Assembly (NCBI GenBank): GCA_000388065.2
Contig: KB932215.1
DNA length: 7,700 nucleotides
Source: Fonticula alba ATCC 38817
Taxonomy: Eukaryota > Protista > Nucleariida
Reading direction: 5' to 3' (one strand)
A program made the position numbers and the translations under genes. Under the pieces are notes generated by a model. That model did no database searches. It saw only the letters and a program-made list of their open reading frames with translations, and was not told where the DNA came from. Below are positions 1-7,605 of the stretch, one piece after another (position 1 is the stretch's first letter; each line of letters starts with the position of its first letter).

Positions 1-1
1 C

Positions 2-3000
2 GCCCGGCAGGCCGCCACACCAGGCGCCCGGTCCGCGGCCGGCGCCGTCCTCGCCCACTCCACCCGGCGGCTCCTGGCCAGCCAGGCCCCGGCCGATCAG
101 CCCGGGCCTGTGTCGGCCGGGCCGCTTGCCGGGCCGGGATCCCACCATGCCGAGGCCATCCAGGCGCTGGACGCCGCGCTGGAGGCCGTCTTCCTGGCCG
201 GCCTGGACACCCGGCATACGCACGCCTGGACCACCTCCGGGCTGACCTCGCGCCCGGCGCGCGTTGTTTGTGCGCCCCCCCCCCGCACCCCCTCCCCGCT
301 GCCCATGCGCGGCCTGTGCGCCCTGCTGCCCTGCCGCTGACCCGGTCGCCTGCCGCCGCCTCCCCGGCCGCCCCTTGTCCCGTGCGCCGCCGCAGTCACC
401 GGGCGCGACGCGGCCCTCACGCGGGCCGTCGCGCGCTCCGCCCTGCTGCCGCTGCTGAGCGCCCCCTCCGGCCCGGGGGGCGCCTTCGCCCTGCCGGACA
501 ACACGCGCGACGTTGTCCGGGCCTGGGCCTCCTCCGACTGGTCGTGCGTGTGGCCCTGCGCCGCCCTGCCCCGCGGCGGGGCTTTGCCCGATCCCGCCTC
601 GCCCCCCTGCCCCGCCCCACGCTGACCCATCGCCCGCTTTCGTCCGGCGCCGGTGCCCGGCCCGCAGCCCGAGCGGCGGTGTCGAGATCCTCCTCACCCC
701 CGGTGCGTGTGCTCCTGGGCCGCCGGCTCTGCCCCCGGTCCACCGGGGTGTCTCGGGCCCCGGCTGTGCCCGGCCCCCGTGGTCGGCCCCGGGCCTCATG
801 CGCGCGACTCACCGCCCCCCCCTCCCCCCCCCCCCCCCCCTTTCTCCCGCCCCTTCCCTGGCTAACCCGGTACAGGCACCACCTGGGACTCGAGCACGGA
901 TGCGGTCCAGCGCCGGGCCATTGCCGAGGCCGATCTGACCGTGGTCGTGGTGCCGCCGCCGCCGCCGGCCGCCTTCCCCCTGGAGCCCGACGCCCCGGGC
1001 CCCGGGGCCGGGGCCCTGGACGCCGCATGGCTCGGGCGCCGCGACGATGTGGCCCTCATCCGGGCGTCGCTCTTCCCGCGCGAGCCGTCGGCCTGGGCCC
1101 CGCCCTCGTCGGTGCCCCTGGTGTCGGACCCGTCGCTGTCGGGGCCGGAGCAGGCGGCGGCGGCGGCCGCACGTGCAGCGGCCGCCGCCGCCACCGGCAG
1201 CGGGCCCGACTGCGATGGCGGCCCCCTCCCCCGGCCGTCGCCGGTGCTGGTGTTCGCCACGCCGCCCGGGCTGTCGGCGCCGCAGCGCCAGGCCATGGCG
1301 CAGCAGGCCTCGCAGGCGGTGCTGAGCCGCGCCGCGGCCGGGGCCTTCTCCCCGGCCCGGTGCTCGGTCAGCCCGGGGGACTCGGCCCAGGCCGGCTCCC
1401 CGGCCGGGCACCAGCACCAGCACCAGCACCCGGTCGATGTGTCCACCTGGCCGTCGTTCGTGGTGGACCCGGCCGACGGCCGCGGCGCCCCGGTCCTGCG
1501 GGACTACCTGCTGGAGATGGCGCGCCAGGAGAAGCGCCACAATCTGCGCATGCGCTCGCTGCTGGATGCCGCCCATGAATGTGCGTTCGGCGCGGGGCCT
1601 CCGCGTGTGCCCTCTTCGGGCGGCGCTTGGTGCTCTCTTGTTTCTCCTGCTGCTGCTGCTGCTGCTGCTGCCGTTGTTGCTGTTGTTGCTGCTGCTGACA
1701 CTGCGGCCGCCCTGCCCTCCGTCCCGCGGCCCGTGCGGCCCTTCAGCCCTGCAAGAGGCCGGCGAGACCCTGCGCCAGCGGGAGGTCGTCACCCGCCAGC
1801 TGTACTACAGCCCGGGGGGCATCCGCGACCGGCTCAAGTCCTCGGGGCTGGGTCTCTTCTCGCTGAGCGAGCAACTGAGCGCCGCCTCGTCGCAAGTCTC
1901 GCGCTACCTCCTGGGCGATGGGGCCGACGCCGGCAGTGGGAAGGAGCTCTCGATCCCGGGCCCGGGCCCGGGCCCGGCCACGGCCGCCTCCGCGTCGGCC
2001 CCCCAGCCGCGCTTCTCCTGGCTGGACCTCTATCGCCGGGTGCATCTGCTTGGCGGGGCCAATCGCCGGAAGATGACGGTCTTCGAGTTCCAGGTGTGGC
2101 AGAAGCTCCAGGCGTCGTTGCATTTCTCCCCGGACTCGGTTCGTGCCCTTGGTGTCTCTTTCTTCCCTGCCGCACGTGCTGACCGGGTGCCTTGCTTGCT
2201 CCGCTGCCGGATGTCGACGCTGCCGGCTGTCCGTGCGGCGGCCCCTTCGCCGGTGGCTCCCCCTCTGTCTGGGCCGCCTTCGCCATTTCCCCGCCATTTC
2301 CCTGCCCTTTTCCTGCCTTTCTCTCTTCCTCTCCGCCCACGCGCACGCATTTGCACACGCACTTCCCTCTCCCCCTCCTCCCTGCGCCACACACACACGC
2401 ACACACACACACACACACGCACACGCACACGCACACGCACACGCACACGCAGCTCGCCCCCGCTACCACCATGATCAACTCCCTGCCGCTGTTCGCCCGG
2501 CTACGCGACGCCCCGGCCGCCGACGCGACACCCCCGGTCCCCGGCCCGGCCGAGCGCATCCTCCACGAGCAGGAGCTCTTCGACATCGTGTCCAGCACCA
2601 TGGACCACCACCTGTCGCCGGAGGCCCTGACCCGGAGCACCCGGCGCAAGCTCATCGTCACGCACCTCGGCTCGCTGGTGCTCTATTCCGCGGCGGCCGG
2701 CGCCCCGCTGACGGTCTGGGGCCAGACCCTGCTGGACCCGAGCGTGGTCATCACCCCCCTGGAGGCGGGCCTGGTGGCCACCGGGTCCGTGGCCCTGTCG
2801 CTCACGAGCTTCCTCTGGCGCCGGTGGATGCTCTCCTCGGCCGCGGCCCGTATTCACAACAAGTGCGGTGCCCTGTCCTCCTTCTCCGACACCACCCTCT
2901 CCAAGATGCTGTCCCTGATCGACGACAAGGTGAACGCCTGGTCCTGCAGCCAGGCCGAGCAGCGGCGCGTCTTCCAGGCCCAGGCGCAGGTCCGCCGCGC

Positions 3001-3037
3001 GGCCGAGGCCCTGGACCCCCACCGGCCGGATGAGTAG
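2..3037 (+). CDS. 5'-truncated 6-exon gene, >=710 aa; putative mitochondrial dynamin-superfamily-like pseudo-GTPase (mitofusin/bacterial DLP-like layout, possibly Mmc1-like) with two C-terminal hydrophobic segments
   Basis: Reconstructed exons: <2-269, 396-543, 668-702, 876-1580, 1747-2138, 2453-3037 (TAG 3035-3037). They total 2133 nt = 711 codons, with all GT-AG phases compatible and GC3-rich codons. Motifs: RVVFTGRDAALTRAVARSALL (G1-like), GVEILLTPG-x17-ADLTVVVV (G3-like), helix LRDYLLEMARQEKRHNLRMRSLLDAAHESLQEAGETL, WLDLYRRV, and hydrophobic LIVTHLGSLVLYSAAAGAPLTVWG and AGLVATGSVALSLTSFLW. Gene structure is well supported; the family call is from remembered alignments only. Confidence 0.7.
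270..395 (+). other. Intron 1 of gene 1
   Basis: GTGCGC donor, GCTGAC branch motif 336-341, CGCAG acceptor; phase 1 restores the frame (VVF-TGR). Confidence 0.8.
544..667 (+). other. Intron 2 of gene 1
   Basis: GTGCGT donor, GCTGAC 621-626, CGCAG acceptor; phase 2 compatible. Confidence 0.75.
703..875 (+). other. Intron 3 of gene 1
   Basis: GTGCGT donor, GCTAAC 861-866, TACAG acceptor; joins LLTP-G-TTWD; contains poly-C 824-840. Confidence 0.8.
1581..1746 (+). other. Intron 4 of gene 1
   Basis: GTGCGT donor, CTGAC 1695-1699, TTCAG acceptor; joins AAHE-S-LQEA into one continuous helix. Confidence 0.85.
1647..1697. repeat. (CTG)8 plus degenerate (TTG/CTG) trinucleotide microsatellite in intron 4
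   Basis: Read directly: (CTG)8 at 1647-1670, then CCG TTG TTG CTG TTG TTG CTG CTG CTG. Confidence 0.95.
2139..2452 (+). other. Intron 5 of gene 1 (314 nt)
   Basis: GTTCGT donor in phase 0 (alternative phase-0 donor at 2094), CTGAC 2179-2183, and the first AG of the intron at 2451-2452; pyrimidine-rich with a CA repeat. Confidence 0.7.
2388..2450. repeat. (CA)n/(CACACG)n microsatellite abutting the 3' splice site of intron 5
   Basis: Read directly from sequence. Confidence 0.95.
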
Positions 3038-3102
3038 CCTCTCTGCCTCTCGCCTCCGGGCGGCGGCGCTCCCCTGTCTCCCCCCGCCCCCGGGGGGCAG
3101 AG

Positions 3103-4018
3103 NNNNNNNNNNNNNNNNNNNNNNNNNNNNNNNNNNNNNNNNNNNNNNNNNNNNNNNNNNNNNNNNNNNNNNNNNNNNNNNNNNNNNNNNNNNNNNNNNN
3201 NNNNNNNNNNNNNNNNNNNNNNNNNNNNNNNNNNNNNNNNNNNNNNNNNNNNNNNNNNNNNNNNNNNNNNNNNNNNNNNNNNNNNNNNNNNNNNNNNNNN
3301 NNNNNNNNNNNNNNNNNNNNNNNNNNNNNNNNNNNNNNNNNNNNNNNNNNNNNNNNNNNNNNNNNNNNNNNNNNNNNNNNNNNNNNNNNNNNNNNNNNNN
3401 NNNNNNNNNNNNNNNNNNNNNNNNNNNNNNNNNNNNNNNNNNNNNNNNNNNNNNNNNNNNNNNNNNNNNNNNNNNNNNNNNNNNNNNNNNNNNNNNNNNN
3501 NNNNNNNNNNNNNNNNNNNNNNNNNNNNNNNNNNNNNNNNNNNNNNNNNNNNNNNNNNNNNNNNNNNNNNNNNNNNNNNNNNNNNNNNNNNNNNNNNNNN
3601 NNNNNNNNNNNNNNNNNNNNNNNNNNNNNNNNNNNNNNNNNNNNNNNNNNNNNNNNNNNNNNNNNNNNNNNNNNNNNNNNNNNNNNNNNNNNNNNNNNNN
3701 NNNNNNNNNNNNNNNNNNNNNNNNNNNNNNNNNNNNNNNNNNNNNNNNNNNNNNNNNNNNNNNNNNNNNNNNNNNNNNNNNNNNNNNNNNNNNNNNNNNN
3801 NNNNNNNNNNNNNNNNNNNNNNNNNNNNNNNNNNNNNNNNNNNNNNNNNNNNNNNNNNNNNNNNNNNNNNNNNNNNNNNNNNNNNNNNNNNNNNNNNNNN
3901 NNNNNNNNNNNNNNNNNNNNNNNNNNNNNNNNNNNNNNNNNNNNNNNNNNNNNNNNNNNNNNNNNNNNNNNNNNNNNNNNNNNNNNNNNNNNNNNNNNNN
4001 NNNNNNNNNNNNNNNNNN
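3103..4018. other. Assembly gap, 916 N
   Basis: Run of N; ORFs spanning it are artefacts. Confidence 1.
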
Positions 4019-4045
4019 CCCCCCCGCCTTGCCTTGCCTTGCCAG

Positions 4046-4676
4046 ACGCTCGATCATGGTCAACCGCGGATGGATCCCCCACGACATGAAGGACCCGAAG
4101 CTCCGGAGCGCCGGCAATCCCACCGGGCCGGTCGATGTGATCGGCATGCTCCGGCACCCGATTCGCGTGCGTGCTTGCGCTGGTTCATTGCCCCGCCCTT
4201 GCCCGGGGTCGAGCCGCACTGACCTTCGCCCTGCTGGCTGTGCCCTTCGCCTTTATCCGCCTGCCCCCCCTCCCCGTCTCCTGGCGCCCGGCCCTGCAGC
4301 CGTCCTCCTTCACGCCGGACAATGTCCCCGAAAAGGGCCAGTGGCACTGGATCGATGTCGGGCAGCTGGCTGACACGCTCCGGGCCGATCCCATCGTCAT
4401 TGATGTCACTGGTGCGCGCCCGCCCCGGGCCCCCTCCCTGGTCCTCTCTCGCCCCGCCCCCATTGCACTCACCTGCGTGGTCTCTCTCTCTCTCTCTCTC
4501 TCTCTCCCTCTCCCTTGATCCCTTGCTCGCACACACGGTGCACAGACGCCAACTTCCCCGGCGGTCTGCCCATGGCCGACCAGACCACCGCCAACATCCG
4601 GAATAACCACCTCAGCTACGCGGTGACCTGGTACATGCTCAGCGCCTCCACCGCGGCCATGATCTTCCTCCTTTGA
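4046..4676 (+). CDS. SURF1: SURF1/SHY1 family cytochrome c oxidase assembly protein, exons 2-4 (C-terminal half)
   Basis: Exons 4046-4166 (RSIMVNRGWIP...GPVDVIGMLRHPIR), 4300-4411 (PSSFTPDNVPEKGQWHWIDV...) and 4546-4676 (DANFPGGLPMADQTTANIRNNHLSYAVTWYMLSASTAAMIFLL*, TGA 4674-4676). VNRGW, FTPDN-P-x2-G-W-W-D and RNNHLxYxxTWY are hallmark SURF1 motifs. Introns 4167-4299 and 4412-4545 are GTGCGY...CAG and in phase. Confidence 0.95.
4481..4506. repeat. (TC)13 microsatellite in a SURF1 intron
   Basis: Read directly from sequence. Confidence 0.95.
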
Positions 4677-5123
4677 GGGCCGGCCACCCGGCTTCTGGCT
4701 GGTTTTTATGTACCTCGCCCCCCCCCCCCCCCCCCTCCTGAACGCCCCTCCCCGCCTCTCGACCAGGAGGCGCGGGCCTCCGTCCGCGGCGCGCCGACAG
4801 ACGAGCCACTGGCAGGCCGCGAGGCAGAGGCCCGGCTCGGCTCGGCTCGAAGAGCGGGCGGGGCCGGGGGCAGGCACACGCCGCCGGCATATGGCGGCCA
4901 CCGATGGAGACCAAATACACGCCCAAATCGAACACGACGAGGACCACCTGCCGACGCTTGCGGCCGCCACGATCGGGGCTGATCACATGGGCGCCGGCTG
5001 GCGCTGGTCTCTGGCCCACAACAGCCGAGCCGCCCCTTGTCCTTGCGCATGTCCCCCCGGCCCCCGGCCCCCGGCCCCCGAGTGTGTGCATGCATGCCCG
5101 GGCGCGGACGCGGCCGCCGGCGG

Positions 5124-5130
5124 TGATTGG
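5124..5130 (-). promoter_or_regulatory. Possible CCAAT box (CCAATCA on the - strand) upstream of LTN1
   Basis: TGATTGG at 5124-5130, ~440 nt upstream of the LTN1 ATG and next to A-rich tracts; a short motif that could be chance. Confidence 0.25.
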
Positions 5131-5202
5131 TGCAGGCGAGAAAAAAGAGAAAACCCAAGCGAGCAGCAGCCCGGGGTGGCAGACATTGCGCCAGAGGGGG
5201 CC

Positions 5203-5225
5203 GGGGGGGGGGGGGGGGGGGGGGG
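5203..5225. repeat. Poly-G (23 nt) in the SURF1-LTN1 intergenic region
   Basis: Read directly. Other C/G homopolymers lie at 824-840, 4718-4735, 7196-7211 and 7688-7700. Confidence 0.95.
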
Positions 5226-5572
5226 CTCCTCTCGGCCTTTTCGGGAGGGGCGGCAAGAGCAGCAGGAAAAAAGGCCCGGATCAAAGGACAAAGGGGGGGG
5301 GGCATGTGCACTCGCGCGCGCGCGTCGCACGCGGCCTCGCAGCCAGGATGCCGGCCGAGGGGAGGGGGCCCGTGCCGCGTCTGAAGGGGCGCCCCCGCGC
5401 GATGGACCGGGCCAGATCGCCAGCACCCGCCCCCTTCCCCCCCCCCCTCCCTCCCCGGCTCTTTCTTCCTCTCCCCCTCCCCCTTCCCCGGTCTCCTCCC
5501 CCCTCCTCCTGGCGAAGGGCGCCTTGTCACTTTTTTTCCCTGATCCCCCCCCTCCCCTCCCCCCGCACCACC

Positions 5573-6525
5573 ATGTCCAAGAAGGGCAAGGGCCTCCGTA
5601 ATAAGGACTCCGCCAGCAGCAGGTGCGCCCCTGCCGCCGGGCCCGCGGCGTCAGCCCGGCGCCTGTCTCCCCTATGCCACCGGCCAACTGACCGGCTTCT
5701 TTTTGCGCCCCCCGCCCCGCCCCGCCCCGCCCCGCCCCGCCCCGGACAACCCACCAACCCCCGGCGCCGGCCCGGCACCACCCCAGCAATGCCTCCTTCC
5801 TGCTGGAGCGGACCGGCGTCTCGGCGCAGGCCGGCTTCGCCCTGTTCGGGGAGTTCACCGCGGCCGCCTACGACCTGGACCACAATGTGAATGTCCTGCT
5901 GAAGAAGCTCTCCAAGAAGAGCGAGATCACCCGGGCCAAGGCGCTGGAGGAGCTGCTGGAGGCCCTGGCCGCCATGGACTCGGAGGAGGTCGGCAAGCTG
6001 GCCCTGCGCTGGGCTTCGGACACCTTCGCCCGGGTCCGCGCGGACCCGGTCCCGCGGGTGCGCATCCTCGGCATGCAGATTCACGGGCGCCTGTGCCAGC
6101 GCCTGGGGCGCGCGGTGCAGGCCCATGTCCCGGCCCTGTCCGGGGCCTGGGTGGCCGCGCAGTTCGACACCTCCAAGGAGGTGGCCGCCGAGACGCGCGC
6201 CGGCCTGGCCGCGCTCTTCACCCCGGTGCAGTTCGAGCGCCTGGTCCGCCACTGCCAGCCGGACATCCTGGCCCGTGCCAGTGACATCATTCTCAGCGAG
6301 GATCCGACGCAGTTCTGTGCGTGGGCCGGCGCCCCTCGCCCTTCACCCTGCCTGCCCGCTCGATTTTTTCTGCCCCCCCGCCGGCGCAAGCGCCCCCTGC
6401 TGACACGCTGGCCCGCGCGCCGATCCCGGCCCCAGGCGACCCGAAGGTCTTTGACGAGCACGAAATCCGCTCGGTCTTCGAGCGGCTCCAGGTGGAGTCC
6501 CTGCTGGGCCTGTGCTCGCTTGTCG
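5573..6525 (+). CDS. LTN1: E3 ubiquitin ligase listerin (LTN1/Rkr1), N-terminal HEAT domain; 3'-truncated (~223 codons visible)
   Basis: ATG 5573 in CACCACCATG context. Exons 5573-5622, 5787-6316 and 6436-6525 give MSKKGKGLRNKDSASSSNASF...LLKKLSKKSEITRAKALEEL...FARVRADPVPRVR...HVPALSGAWVAAQFDTSKEVAAET...CDPKVFDEHEIRSVFERLQVESLLGL. This matches the listerin N-terminal signature (LRKLSKKD-xxTK-xKA; D..RRVR; W..AQ.D). The donor at 6526 has no credible downstream exon before the gap. Confidence 0.9.
5710..5744. repeat. (CCCCG)7 pentanucleotide repeat in LTN1 intron 1
   Basis: Read directly from sequence. Confidence 0.95.
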
Positions 6526-6686
6526 GTGCGTGCGCGCGCGCGCATGCGTGTGCTCCGCGCAGGCCACCTGCCCGTGGCGCCGGCGATGCATGCGCACATG
6601 CGGACGGCCTCCCCCGGCGGCTTGCCCCCCCACTCCCCGGGCATGGCTGCCGTCTGTCACCCGATTGCTCAACCCCTGCCATCCCT

Positions 6687-6706
6687 CACACACACACACA
6701 CACACA
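6687..6706. repeat. (CA)10 microsatellite in LTN1 intron 3
   Basis: Read directly from sequence. Confidence 0.95.
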
Positions 6707-6777
6707 TGTGCCTCTTCCCCCCCCCCCGAACCGCCCCACACCCCCCTGGACTGCCTCTTTCTCGGCCCGTCCTCCGG

Positions 6778-6787
6778 NNNNNNNNNN
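6778..6787. other. Assembly gap, 10 N (probably a placeholder size)
   Basis: Run of N separating an unfinished LTN1 intron from the SURF1 upstream region. Confidence 1.
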
Positions 6788-7048
6788 CCCCCCCCCCGGC
6801 CCGAGGGGGCCCAGTCGGCCAGGCATGCACATGTGGCGTGCCCCCTCGCCGCGGTGGCCGCGCGTCCCGCCGGGGCGCCCCGTCTTCTTTGCCTTTTTTT
6901 CCCTCCACACCCGCCGAGAGGCGGGAGCATGCTCTCCTTTGTCCCCGGGGGGCCCCGTCCGCTGCTGCCGCCCTTGCCGAAATATACACCGTAAAAACCT
7001 GCGCGCTAAAAGAAAAAAAGCCGGCCAGCCCGCGTCGCCGATCCCGGG

Positions 7049-7056
7049 CACGTGAC
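7049..7056. promoter_or_regulatory. E-box CACGTGAC (GTCACGTG on the - strand; bHLH-ZIP Cbf1/USF-type site) upstream of SURF1 exon 1
   Basis: Exact motif ~176 nt upstream of ATG 7232, just downstream of A-rich tracts at ~6980-7020; no functional evidence. Confidence 0.3.
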
Positions 7057-7231
7057 GCGACCTTCGCGCCATGTTTTTTTCACATCCGGCGCACCTGCTC
7101 CGGGGGGGGGGGGCATGCACGCCGGCCGAACACGTTCAAGGGCCGCGATCCGGCCCGGCGGCCGTTGTGGCTGCCCAGACTCCCCCCGCCCTCCTCCCCC
7201 CCCCCCCCCCCGCCCCGCTCGCTCGCCCGCC

Positions 7232-7605
7232 ATGTCCTTCTTCCGTTCGCAGAAGGCCGTCTTCGCGGCGGTCCCGCTGGCCACCTTCGCCCTGGGCACC
7301 TGGCAGGTTCGCCGGCTCCAGTGGAAGACGGACCTCCTGCAGAAGATCGAAGACCGCCGGTCGGAGGACCCGATTGCCGTGGCCAGCACCGACGCGGCGC
7401 TGGACCACCTGCTGGCCCGGTCGACGGCCACCCAGTCCAGCGAGGTGGTCGACCGGGTGGTCAACGAGTCGGACGATGGGCTGGAATTTCGCCGGCTGCG
7501 CTTCCGCGGGGTCTTCGACCATGGGCGCGAGATCTTCGTCGGGCCGCGCACCAACGACGGCAACGCCGGCTTCCATGTTGTCACGCCGCTGGTCCTGGAG
7601 AATGG
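7232..7605 (+). CDS. SURF1: SURF1/SHY1 exon 1 (N-terminal half), located downstream of exons 2-4
   Basis: CGCCATG start; MSFFRSQKAVFAAVPLATFALGTWQVRRLQWKTDLLQKIEDR...EFRRLRFRGVFDHGREIFVGPRTNDGNAGFHVVTPLVLENG. LGTWQVxRLxWK, EFRR...G.FDH and G..V.TPL are SURF1 motifs. Phase-2 donor GTGCGC at 7606. Confidence 0.95.

Noticed and set aside
2-1580. Calling gene 1 a functional mitofusin (Fzo1/MFN)
   Set aside because: GKS/T, DxxG and N(K/R)xD are all absent, and the presequence-like N-terminus is unlike outer-membrane mitofusins.
941-2474. Poly-Ala/poly-Leu and HT/RT-repeat 'domains' in ORFs 941-2182, 1437-2474 and 2192-3037
   Set aside because: These are translations of intronic microsatellites (introns 4 and 5).
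2501-4373. ORFs of 447-572 aa spanning the N-gap
   Set aside because: Artefacts of translating through Ns.
5203-5225. G-quadruplex/i-motif function for the long G and C runs
   Set aside because: Homopolymers are scattered through introns and intergenic DNA alike and coincide with contig ends; nothing singles these out as functional.
4708-5601. 297-aa + strand ORF and 328-aa ORF 4904-5890 between SURF1 and LTN1
   Set aside because: Low-complexity translations across homopolymers with no codon bias or motifs; the second runs through LTN1 intron 1.
6526-6777. Short 37-nt intron (CAG at 6560-6562) continuing LTN1 as GHLPVAPAMHAH...
   Set aside because: No branch motif, much shorter than the other introns, poor codon bias, runs into a CA repeat and does not resemble listerin.
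97-7584. Many long minus-strand and off-frame ORFs in the ORF track (e.g. 809-1792, 417-1028, 5527-6252, 7006-7584, 268-1578)
   Set aside because: Shadow ORFs caused by high GC and few stop codons. They are Arg/Gly/Pro-rich, overlap well-supported + strand exons and show no family motifs.
4046-7605. Two separate SURF1 paralogues
   Set aside because: The two pieces are non-overlapping, complementary halves with matching splice phase. One gene in misordered contigs is more parsimonious, although a duplication hidden in the gap cannot be fully excluded.
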